A stretch of DNA of 63,943 nucleotides, taken from the NCBI GenBank assembly GCA_045530865.1, contig JAZSCX010000107.1, positions 1 through 63,943 on the forward strand, read 5' to 3'. Within the stretch, counting starts at the first letter, position 1. The number at the start of each line of letters is the position of its first letter. This document shows positions 16,198 through 24,106 of this stretch, one piece after another. Origin of the DNA: Candidatus Avilachnospira sp. Its GTDB lineage: Bacteria; Bacillota; Clostridia; Oscillospirales; Oscillospiraceae. Made by a program: the position numbers and the translations under genes. The notes beneath the pieces are model-generated. The model ran no database searches. It worked only from the letters and a program-made list of their open reading frames with translations, and had not been told where the DNA came from.

Positions 16198-17736
16198 ATG
16201 CTGAAGAATATTTCCCGTTCCCTGGAAGATATGCTGGGCAAGCCCTATATGGATGCTGTCCAGGAAACCGCTGTTGCCCTGCTGGGTCTGGATCCCGCTG
16301 AGGCCAAGGCTCTGGCCACTGACAAGGTCGACTTCTATCCCGATTGCTTTGCTGCCCGCGCCGACGCCATGGCTGCCAAGGTTGGCCAGCAGGTCGTCAA
16401 CCCCTTCGTGAATGATCTGGTTGGTGCTCCCACCGAATCCTTCCGCAAGGCCACCCATGTCAATGCTTCCCCCATCGGCGGTATGGGTACCGTCCGTGTG
16501 GGTCAGGACGGCCGCGCTTACATCGCTGCCAAGTCCGAGCACTATCACATCCCTCTGGGCCACAACTTCCCCGGCTATAAGCTGGTCACCAAGGGCCGTC
16601 AGCTGGGCATCCTGAATGCTACCCACAACAACACCCGCGGCTACATCACCCGCCGCATGGAAGAGCAGATCGTCATGGACGCCAATGGCATCACCGAGCG
16701 CGGTGCTGAGCTGGATGCCATCATCGCTTCCAAGGAACCCAAGGTTCTGAACCGTCTGATCAGCCTGGAAACCGGCTCTCTGGCTGTGGAAGCTGCTCTG
16801 AAGATGATGCTGACCCGCTTCTACCGTCTGGACAAGACCTTTGGCGAGCCCAAGTACGCCGGCAAGACCCCCGTTTTCATGATCATGCAGGACAACGACG
16901 GCGGCCCCGAGGCTAACTACCACGGCACCACCATCTTCGCTCAGACCCTGCGCGGCATGTGGCCCGAGTTCCGTGGTGTCTGCGAGAACGCCGGCCTGTA
17001 CAAGGTAGTTCCTGTTAAGCCCAACGATCTGGCTGACTTTGAAGCAAAGATCAAGATGTACAACGAAGGCAACTACAAGACTGCCGGCTTCATGCATGAG
17101 ATCATCCTCATGAACTATGGCGGCATCCGCCTGACCAAGGAGTTCCTGCAGGGCGCTTATGCTCTGGCTGCACAGTATGACACTCCCACCCTGTCCGACG
17201 AGATCCAGTCCTGCATGTGGTACAAGGGCATGTTCCTGTTCCGCGAGTACGGCCTGAAGCCCGACTTCGTCATCATCGGCAAGGGCTTCCCCGGCGGCGA
17301 GTATCCTGCTTCTAAGGTCATCACCACCTATGAGATGGACAGCCTGAACCAGTTCGGCGCTCTGGTCACCAACGGTCAGGAAGAACTGGCCAGCCTGGCA
17401 TACCTGCTGACCATGGAATATGTCCGCGAGAACGGTGCTGAGATCGAGGCTATGGGCGCTCTGATCGAGAGCAAGCTGAACGAGCTGGCTGCCAAGTATC
17501 CCGCTCAGATCGACAAGATCGAGGGTCTGGCACATCTGGCTGCCATTCACTTCCAGACTGTGGAGGCCGCTGCCGAGTTCGCCAAGGTCGTCAACGGCAT
17601 GTGCATCGACGTCAGCGCACAGCTGTACAAGGCAAACTGCCCCCCTGCAGTTCTGCTGAAGCTGCCTCTGGTCACCAGCGAAGCTGTTCTGGATGTCTGC
17701 ATCGAGAAGTTTGAAGCTGCTCTGGCTCAGATGTAA
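16198..17736 (+). CDS. class-III (PLP fold type I) aminotransferase-like protein
   Basis: ETGSLAVEAALKM, DEIQSCMWYKGMFLFREYGLKPDFVIIGKGFPGGEYP (Schiff-base Lys context) and ATHNNTRG are present. RBS AAGGAG. Confidence 0.7.
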   Translation: MLKNISRSLEDMLGKPYMDAVQETAVALLGLDPAEAKALATDKVDFYPDCFAARADAMAAKVGQQVVNPFVNDLVGAPTESFRKATHVNASPIGGMGTVRVGQDGRAYIAAKSEHYHIPLGHNFPGYKLVTKGRQLGILNATHNNTRGYITRRMEEQIVMDANGITERGAELDAIIASKEPKVLNRLISLETGSLAVEAALKMMLTRFYRLDKTFGEPKYAGKTPVFMIMQDNDGGPEANYHGTTIFAQTLRGMWPEFRGVCENAGLYKVVPVKPNDLADFEAKIKMYNEGNYKTAGFMHEIILMNYGGIRLTKEFLQGAYALAAQYDTPTLSDEIQSCMWYKGMFLFREYGLKPDFVIIGKGFPGGEYPASKVITTYEMDSLNQFGALVTNGQEELASLAYLLTMEYVRENGAEIEAMGALIESKLNELAAKYPAQIDKIEGLAHLAAIHFQTVEAAAEFAKVVNGMCIDVSAQLYKANCPPAVLLKLPLVTSEAVLDVCIEKFEAALAQM

Positions 17737-17746
17737 GAAATACGCC

Positions 17747-17777
17747 AAAAAGCCGGCCTGCAAAGGCCGGCTTTTTG
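17747..17777 (+). terminator. rho-independent terminator
   Basis: AGCCGGCC-TGCAAA-GGCCGGCT followed by TTTTT. Confidence 0.8.
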
Positions 17778-17827
17778 GCAACGTTTTTTGATTGTTTGTC
17801 GTCTATACCCGTGAAAGGGTGATAACG

Positions 17828-19036
17828 ATGAAAAAAGTTTTGCTGTTTGTTCTGGTGGTGTGTCTGGCAATGGGGAGCATTTGCGCGAAATCATCTGGCG
17901 AGCTTAGAAATGAACTGGATGCACTGAAAGCACAGGCGGATGCGCTTCAGGAGCAGGGGCAGGCCTTGGAGAAAGAACTGAACCAGAATGCCGCTGAAAC
18001 ACAGTCTGTGGTGGATCAGAAATACGATATTGACCGGAAGATCCGGCAGACAGAGCTGGAAATTGAGAATGTGGCCGAACAGATCCTGCAATACAGCCTC
18101 CTGATCGCAGAAAAGCAGAGGGAACTGGAAGCGGCAGAGCAGGAATACGAGGCGAAATATGAACAGTATAAAACCCGGCTCCGGGCCATGGAGGAGCGGG
18201 GTAAAATCTCCTATTGGGAGGTTCTCTTTCAGGCAAAGAGCTTTTCCGACCTGTTGGATCGGATCAATGCAATTAAGGAAGTTGCCCGGGCAGATCAGAA
18301 GATGATGGAAGCCCTGCGGGAAGCGGCAGACCATGTGGAATGGGAGCGGGAGCTGCTGCAGATGGATCTGCAGGCACAAAAGCAGATTCAGGAAAAGCTG
18401 ACTGTTCTGGAACAGGAGTTGGAGCAGCAGCGTATGACCGCCGATGCCTGCCTGAAGGCATTGAAAGCGGAAATGGATTCTCTGTCGGATGCCTATGCGG
18501 ATATTCTTGAGCAGGAGGCAGCCATGCAGAAAGAACTGATGGAGGCGCAGGCGGCCTATGACCGCGCCTTGTCGGCCGAGGAAGCGGCGCGTCTGGCACA
18601 GCTGAACAAGGAAAATGCCGCCGGCGGCAGTTCCGGTACAACATCCGGCAGCGGGTTCCTGCGGCCCGTTTCCGGCGGCAGTGTCACCGACGCCTATGGC
18701 TGGCGTATTCATCCGACGGAAAAAATAAGAAAATTCCATACCGGAGTGGATTTGGCAGTTCCTATGAATACACCCATTGTGGCCATGGCCGCTGGAACCG
18801 TGTCGGAATGCGGCAGCAATAAGTGGTACGGCAACCATGTGACCCTCAGCCATGGCGGCGGCTACGGCAGTTTTTATGGGCATATGACCAAATATGTGGT
18901 GTCGGTAGGCGATACGGTCACGCAGGGGCAGGTCATCGGTTATGTGGGTTCCACCGGTATTTCCACCGGCCCGCACCTGCACTTTGAGATCTACATCAAC
19001 GGTGCCACCGTCAATCCCATGGAATATATTTCATAG
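17828..19036 (+). CDS. secreted M23-family metallopeptidase with long coiled coil (murein hydrolase/EnvC-like)
   Basis: A signal peptide MKKVLLFVLVVCLAMGSICA is followed by a Q/E/A/L-rich coiled coil. The C-terminus carries HTGVD...GSTGISTGPHLHFE. Confidence 0.85.
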   Translation: MKKVLLFVLVVCLAMGSICAKSSGELRNELDALKAQADALQEQGQALEKELNQNAAETQSVVDQKYDIDRKIRQTELEIENVAEQILQYSLLIAEKQRELEAAEQEYEAKYEQYKTRLRAMEERGKISYWEVLFQAKSFSDLLDRINAIKEVARADQKMMEALREAADHVEWERELLQMDLQAQKQIQEKLTVLEQELEQQRMTADACLKALKAEMDSLSDAYADILEQEAAMQKELMEAQAAYDRALSAEEAARLAQLNKENAAGGSSGTTSGSGFLRPVSGGSVTDAYGWRIHPTEKIRKFHTGVDLAVPMNTPIVAMAAGTVSECGSNKWYGNHVTLSHGGGYGSFYGHMTKYVVSVGDTVTQGQVIGYVGSTGISTGPHLHFEIYINGATVNPMEYIS

Positions 19037-19040
19037 CCAA

Positions 19041-19074
19041 AATGGGCAGCCTGAAAGGCCGCCCATTATTTTCA
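19041..19074 (+). terminator. rho-independent terminator
   Basis: AATGGGCAGCC-TGAAA-GGCCGCCCATT (one mismatch) followed by ATTTT. Confidence 0.55.
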
Positions 19075-19430
19075 TCATATCACAGACATATGTCTGCTGT
19101 CAACGCACAGAAGGTAAAATCTGCGATTTGCAAAAAACGAAACTGTACATATTGTACAATATTACATCTTGAAAAAGTGGGTTTTCGGTGATAATATATA
19201 GACAACGAAAGGGTGATACCAATGAAAAAGTAAGCCCCGGCTCAATGGAAACCCCAATGAGCCAACAGACAAGAGCCGGATCTCCAAACGGAACTCATCG
19301 GAAAAACGTCTCCTACCAAAGCGAGAAAGAAAATAACTGGGCACGGTGAAAACAGAGGAGAAGGAAAACGGCGGCGTCTGATCCTGCAGAAATGAGAGGT
19401 AACCAATGATGTTAGATATCAAGATAACAG

Positions 19431-19483
19431 AGAACTAACCCCTTTTGACTGGAGAACAGAGACAGTCAAAAGGGGTTAGTTCT
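19431..19483 (+). repeat. 21-bp-stem hairpin, copy 1 of a duplicated 47-nt element
   Basis: AGAACTAACCCCTTTTGACTG, an 11-nt loop, then CAGTCAAAAGGGGTTAGTTCT. The 47 nt at 19437-19483 are identical to 19630-19676. Confidence 0.85.
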
Positions 19484-19629
19484 TTGTGAAAAAGTATCTG
19501 GTATCATGGAAAAGGCTGCGGGATAGAGCAGCGGGGGATGTGTGCAGGGGGTAAGACCCCCTGCGCGTTCAATCAAAAGGCCTGCAGAAACCTGCAGGCC
19601 GCACGCGAGGGAGCGGAGCACCCTCGGGA

Positions 19630-19676
19630 ACCCCTTTTGACTGGAGAACAGAGACAGTCAAAAGGGGTTAGTTCTT
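19630..19676 (+). repeat. copy 2 of the 47-nt hairpin element (terminator-like, followed by T7)
   Basis: Identical to 19437-19483 and followed by TTTTTTT at 19674-19681. Confidence 0.85.
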
Positions 19677-19683
19677 TTTTTAA

Positions 19684-19718
19684 TTGACAATTGATAATTG
19701 ACAATTGACAATGAAGGT
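19684..19718. repeat. tandem heptamer array TTGACAA-TTGATAA-TTGACAA-TTGACAA-TGAAGGT
   Basis: Five consecutive 7-mers abut a terminator T-run. It is homologous to 5878-5905 and ends in the same TGAAGGT. Confidence 0.7.
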
Positions 19719-19744
19719 GTCCGGCGGAGCCGAACATTATTTTT

Positions 19745-21187
19745 TTACCATTGCTGCAGCAGTCTGGTGTAGAAGGCGACTGTGGTCAGGAGTGTGTCTA
19801 CGGGGATTCGCTCGTCATTGCCGTGGATCATGGCGCGCTCTTCCTTGCTCAGCTGCATGGCAGAGAAGCGGTAGACCTTGTCTGTGATGCGGTTATAATG
19901 GCGGGAGTCGCTGCAGGCCATCATCAGATAGGGGGAGACCACAGCCTCCGGCCATGTCTGACGAATGGCGGTGCAGAGCAGCTGCCAACCTTCGCAATCG
20001 GTATCGGAGCAGGGAGAGGGGTTCATGCCGCCCAGACCGGTGACGGTAATCTGCTCATTCTTTACGGCTTTTTTCAGGTGGTTTATGGCGGTTTCCTTGC
20101 TGTCATCACCCAGCAGCCGCAGATTGGCTGTAAAGTACGCATGGGGAGGCAGGACGTTGTACGCCTTGCTGCCTTCAAAGCAGGTCAGCGCGACGGTTGT
20201 CCGCATCATAGCGTTTAGTTCACCGCCGGACAGCTTGCCGATCAGGTTCAGCACCGGCTTGAACAGCCAAAGGTTGGCGAAAATCATCCGGAAGAGGAAA
20301 TTGGAATGCCGCCCCACCGTATCAAACATTTCCAGCACAGGCTTGGTCAGCTGGAAGGGGAAGTGATTTTTTTCCACCCGCAGCAGCGCACGGCTCAGAT
20401 GGCCCAACAGCTGTTTTGCGGGAGGTGTGGAGGCATGACCGCCGTTGGAATGCATGGAGAATTCCACATTGAAGCCGCCCTTTTCCGCAATGCCAACCAG
20501 GGCGCAGGAGCCATTATAGCCCGGGAATACGTGATCCACTACGGCGCCGCCCTCGTCTACCACCCAGTCGGGAGTAATGTTCTGCTGTTGGAACCATTCC
20601 ACGATCTGCAGGCAGTCATTGCCGTCCACCTCTTCTTCGCCGGAAAAGCTGAGATACAGATCATGGGAAGGCGTATAACCCTTGGCAAGGAGGGCTTCCA
20701 GCGCCTCCATGACGCCGCAGAGGGTCGCTTTGGTATCCAGTGTACCGCGGCCCCAGATCGTATCGTTTTCCAGAATTCCATCGAATGCGGGCTTGCTCCA
20801 GAGGCTTTCGTCTGCAGGCACCACATCGTAGTGAGCCATGCAGACGCCTGCTTTTTCACTGGATTTCCCGGGCAGATGATACAGCAGTCCGGTGGAACCG
20901 ATGTGCCGAAGTGTGCAGTGCCGGTGAATCAGAGGAAAGCGATCCTCCAGCAGCTGTTGGAATTTTATGAATTCGGTCAGATCCATCAGAGCGGGATCCC
21001 GGTTGGAGACGGTTTTGCAGCGGATCATATCCTGCATATCCCGGACGATTTTTTCTTTGTGTGTTTCCACGGGAGCTTCGGAAATCTCCGGCAGGGGAGC
21101 CGGACGGAAGCGGATCGTACGGATCAGAAGAATCGCAAGCAGCATAACCGCTGCCGCAAGAACGAGATAACCGATCATTAGATCCAT
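19745..21187 (-). CDS. membrane-anchored M20/M25/M40-family metallopeptidase
   Basis: An N-terminal TM helix is followed by ...MAHYDVVP...WGRGTLDTKA...SGEEEV.... An alternative start at 21178 overlaps the upstream stop (TAATG). Confidence 0.8.
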   Translation of the reverse strand: MDLMIGYLVLAAAVMLLAILLIRTIRFRPAPLPEISEAPVETHKEKIVRDMQDMIRCKTVSNRDPALMDLTEFIKFQQLLEDRFPLIHRHCTLRHIGSTGLLYHLPGKSSEKAGVCMAHYDVVPADESLWSKPAFDGILENDTIWGRGTLDTKATLCGVMEALEALLAKGYTPSHDLYLSFSGEEEVDGNDCLQIVEWFQQQNITPDWVVDEGGAVVDHVFPGYNGSCALVGIAEKGGFNVEFSMHSNGGHASTPPAKQLLGHLSRALLRVEKNHFPFQLTKPVLEMFDTVGRHSNFLFRMIFANLWLFKPVLNLIGKLSGGELNAMMRTTVALTCFEGSKAYNVLPPHAYFTANLRLLGDDSKETAINHLKKAVKNEQITVTGLGGMNPSPCSDTDCEGWQLLCTAIRQTWPEAVVSPYLMMACSDSRHYNRITDKVYRFSAMQLSKEERAMIHGNDERIPVDTLLTTVAFYTRLLQQW

Positions 21188-21831
21188 CCCTTCTTATACA
21201 GCATTCTGCCCACACCCAGCGTGACCAGAATGCCTACAGGAACCAGAACGCCCACGGAGCTGGAAAGAGACGGCACGGCAAGGAACAGCACCACCATGAA
21301 GATCAGGGGTGCCAGAGCCAGCTTCCAGTTCTTGCTCACATAGACCACTGCCAGACCGCCGAACAGGGCAGGCAGGATGTTGTCAAAAGCAGGCTTCAAA
21401 ACGGGAGAATCCAGAATGGGAGATATGGCGGAGAGAATGCACACGCCCACCACCAGCACCAGTGTGGTGACAATGGATGAGGTGGCAATGGCGATGGTGG
21501 AGACCACTTCGCCTTCCTCCGTACCGGCCTTGACGCCCATATTCTCCATGGCGGTCAATGCGCTGGGAGCCTTCAGACTGGTCAGGTTGCCGGTGACAAA
21601 GGCCAGATAGGTGCCGCCGGTGCCCAGCATGGGGGTGTAGGTGATGACTTCAATGGCGCCGACCGTCCAGTAGATGGGCGCAACACCCAAAAGACCCTTC
21701 AGAACGCCGTTCAGCTCCGGCCACGCGTTGTAGTACAGGCAGGCTGCCACGGGAACCATCAGAACCACGACCACGGCGCTCCAGATCCAGAGCTTGCCGT
21801 AGCGGTCGGTATCTCTCATATATTTACTCAT
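21178..21831 (-). CDS. uncharacterised polytopic membrane protein
   Basis: 217 aa with about 6 hydrophobic segments. RBS AAGGAGG lies 7 nt before the ATG. It appears translationally coupled to both neighbours. Confidence 0.65.
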   Translation of the reverse strand: MSKYMRDTDRYGKLWIWSAVVVVLMVPVAACLYYNAWPELNGVLKGLLGVAPIYWTVGAIEVITYTPMLGTGGTYLAFVTGNLTSLKAPSALTAMENMGVKAGTEEGEVVSTIAIATSSIVTTLVLVVGVCILSAISPILDSPVLKPAFDNILPALFGGLAVVYVSKNWKLALAPLIFMVVLFLAVPSLSSSVGVLVPVGILVTLGVGRMLYKKGWI

Positions 21832-21843
21832 TTCGGCACCTCC

Positions 21844-22566
21844 TTATACGATGACGGGCGTGATGATGCAGGCGAAGATCATGGCGCCCAGCATGCAGAT
21901 GGCCATGGCATAGGTCTCCAGCCATTCCATTTTGCACTTTTTGATCAGCAGGCCGCAGATTCCCATGATGGCAGCGGAAACCAGCAGGACAAAGATGGGG
22001 ATCCAACCCTCCAGTCCGCTGCGGATATCGCCAAAGACCATGCCGAGGAAGGCGGAGATCATACCGAGGAACAGGGAGGTCATAAAAATGTCGCCCCATT
22101 TGCTGTCCTTGTTTTTGATCTTGACCAGACCGCCCTGGATCTTCTTCATCAGAATGGGAGTCAGCACGATACTGGGCAGAATACCCAGCGTCATGACCCA
22201 TGCAATGGCGGTGTAGACCTTGGGATCGGTGACCATTTCGGACAGGGAAATGCCCAGTGCTGTGGCGGTGGAGGTGGCGGCAGGCAGCTCATAGGTCAAG
22301 GCGCCAATGACACTGAGCCGGATCCACGGCAGGGGAATGCCCAGAAATTTACTGAGGGTCACCACGCCCAGCAGAATGGAGATGGCAGGCGCGATGGTAA
22401 AGACGGTGGTGGAAAGGACGGTTTTTCTCAGCTTTTTTGCGTCCATTCCCAGTTCTCTGCCCCGTCGGTAGGCCCGCACCAGAAAGAATACGGACTGTGC
22501 CAGCACGAATACAATGACCGCGGCGGCAATACAGTAGAGAAATGTACTGTTGGTACTGAAATTCAA
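21844..22566 (-). CDS. uncharacterised polytopic membrane protein
   Basis: 240 aa with multiple TM segments. It has a TTG start with RBS AAGGAGG and is the first gene of a three-gene operon ending in the M20 peptidase. Confidence 0.6.
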   Translation of the reverse strand: MNFSTNSTFLYCIAAAVIVFVLAQSVFFLVRAYRRGRELGMDAKKLRKTVLSTTVFTIAPAISILLGVVTLSKFLGIPLPWIRLSVIGALTYELPAATSTATALGISLSEMVTDPKVYTAIAWVMTLGILPSIVLTPILMKKIQGGLVKIKNKDSKWGDIFMTSLFLGMISAFLGMVFGDIRSGLEGWIPIFVLLVSAAIMGICGLLIKKCKMEWLETYAMAICMLGAMIFACIITPVIV

Positions 22567-22705
22567 ACGATTCAGCCTCCTTTTTTCTTTTTCGGAACTA
22601 TTATACCGGGATTGCGGAAAGGTGTAAAGAACAAATGCGGAATGGGGATGGAAAAACGGATTTTCATGTGGTAAAATAAGAAAAACAATATGGAGGTTTC
22701 ACAAT

Positions 22706-23884
22706 ATGTATCTGGATTTTGCATACTATACCCCCACAAAGGTCGTGTTCGGTAAGGGCGCAGAGGCACAGGTGGGCGCACTGGTCAAGGAGCAGGGCTG
22801 CAAAAAGGTTCTGATCCACTATGGAGGCAGCAGCGCTGTCCGTTCCGGCCTGATCGGCCGCATTGAAGCCGCACTGTGTGAAGCAGGTGTTGCCTATGTG
22901 TCCCTGGGCGGCGTGGTGCCCAACCCCAGACTGTCCAAGGTCTATGAGGGCATCGAGCTGTGCCGTGCGGAAGGCGTGGATTTCATCCTCGCTGTCGGCG
23001 GCGGCAGCACCATCGATTCTGCCAAGGCCATCGCGTACGGCGTGGCAAATGAGGGCGATGTGTGGGACTTTTATGAGCATACCCGTATGGCAGAGGCCTG
23101 CCTGCCCGTTGGCACAGTGCTGACCATTGCGGCAGCCGGCAGCGAAATGAGCTGCGGCAGCGTCATCACCAAGGACGAAGGCGGCGTCAAGCGCGCCTAT
23201 GACGATGACCTGTGCCGTCCCAAGTTCGCGGTGATGAACCCCGAACTGACCATGACCCTGCCGGACTATCAGACCGCCAGCGGTGTGTGCGATATCTTGA
23301 TGCACACCATGGAGCGGTATTTCAACGGGCAGGACAATATGGAAATGACCGACGGCATCAGCGAAGCGCTGCTGAGAAACGTCATGAAGTATGCTCTGAT
23401 TCTGCGGGATGATCCCATGCATTATGCGGCACGGGCCGAGATCATGTGGGCGGGCTCTTTGAGCCACAACGGCCTCACCGGCTGCGGTACCGGCGGCGGT
23501 GACTGGTCCAGCCATATGCTGGAGCACGAGCTGGGCGGCCTGTTTGATGTGGCCCACGGCGCCGGTCTGGCGGCTGTCTGGGGCAGCTGGGCAAGATATG
23601 TCTGCGGCAAGGCGCCCCATCGGTTCGTGAAGTTTGCCGTCAACGTCATGGGTGTGGAGGCAGGCGAAGAGCAGGCCACCATGGAAGCCGGTATCACCGC
23701 CATGGAAAACTTCTTCCGCAGCATCCATATGCCTACCAATCTGCGGGAGCTGGGTGTGGAACCCACCGATGCCCAGATCGAGCACATGGCAAAGAGCTGC
23801 TATGCTGCCTGCTGCGGCCCCTCCGGAGATGTGATGCCCCTGCAGGTGGAGGATATGATCGCCATCTACAAGAATGCGAGATAA
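22706..23884 (+). CDS. iron-containing (group III) alcohol dehydrogenase, butanol-dehydrogenase/YqhD-like
   Basis: GGGSTIDSAKAI and the His cluster ...HTMERYF...LSHNGL...HMLEHELG... are present. RBS GGAGG. Confidence 0.85.
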   Translation: MYLDFAYYTPTKVVFGKGAEAQVGALVKEQGCKKVLIHYGGSSAVRSGLIGRIEAALCEAGVAYVSLGGVVPNPRLSKVYEGIELCRAEGVDFILAVGGGSTIDSAKAIAYGVANEGDVWDFYEHTRMAEACLPVGTVLTIAAAGSEMSCGSVITKDEGGVKRAYDDDLCRPKFAVMNPELTMTLPDYQTASGVCDILMHTMERYFNGQDNMEMTDGISEALLRNVMKYALILRDDPMHYAARAEIMWAGSLSHNGLTGCGTGGGDWSSHMLEHELGGLFDVAHGAGLAAVWGSWARYVCGKAPHRFVKFAVNVMGVEAGEEQATMEAGITAMENFFRSIHMPTNLRELGVEPTDAQIEHMAKSCYAACCGPSGDVMPLQVEDMIAIYKNAR

Positions 23885-23893
23885 AGATAGGAA

Positions 23894-23919
23894 CAGCCGG
23901 TCGGGAAACCGACCGGCTG
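23894..23919. terminator. terminator hairpin, copy 1
   Basis: CAGCCGGTCGG-GAAA-CCGACCGGCTG. An identical 26-mer lies at 24077-24102. Confidence 0.6.
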
Positions 23920-23940
23920 AGGAGTATTTCAATAAAGTCC

Positions 23941-24054
23941 GTCATTGCGAGCCCGGAACGGGCGTGGCAATCCGTTCTCCTCAATATATTTCTGTGATTG
24001 GAATCGTTCTGAAAACGGATTCCCACGTCGGGCGTACGCCCTCCTCGGAATGAC
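23941..24054. mobile_element. MITE-like 114-bp element with imperfect terminal inverted repeats
   Basis: The left end is GTCATTGCGAGCCCGGAACGGGCGTGGCAATCCGTT. The right end reversed is GTCATTCCGAGGAGGGCGTACGCCCGACGTGGGAATCCGTT. It has no coding capacity and is related to 48978-49142. Confidence 0.55.
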
Positions 24055-24076
24055 ACGTTTTTTTCGATAGTCTCTG

Positions 24077-24102
24077 CAGCCGGTCGGGAAACCGACCGGC
24101 TG
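24077..24102. terminator. terminator hairpin, copy 2
   Basis: Identical 26-mer to 23894-23919, lying 4 nt from the stop of the minus-strand gene. Confidence 0.6.
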
Positions 24103-24106
24103 TGTA

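Noticed and set aside
19162-19422. 86-codon minus-strand ORF in the non-coding tract, and similar small ORFs in repeat regions (23733-24180, 26022-26615, 30006-30311, 48870-49191).
   Set aside because: They overlap T-box leaders, hairpins or MITE-like repeats, lack RBSs, and have atypical Pro/Arg/Ser-rich compositions.
19160-19440. A known structured RNA (T-box, cobalamin riboswitch, tmRNA, RNase P, SRP, 6S) in the AT-rich tract.
   Set aside because: By eye, none of the diagnostic boxes is present: GGUGGUACC, the B12 box, GAGGAAAGUCC, a tmRNA tag ORF or CCA-end, or the SRP GGAA tetraloop context. It is left as an unclassified finding instead.
19431-19676. CRISPR array suggested by the repeated 47-nt hairpin.
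   Set aside because: There are only two copies, 193 bp apart. The intervening sequence is itself made of hairpins, and there are no cas genes and no regular repeat-spacer periodicity.
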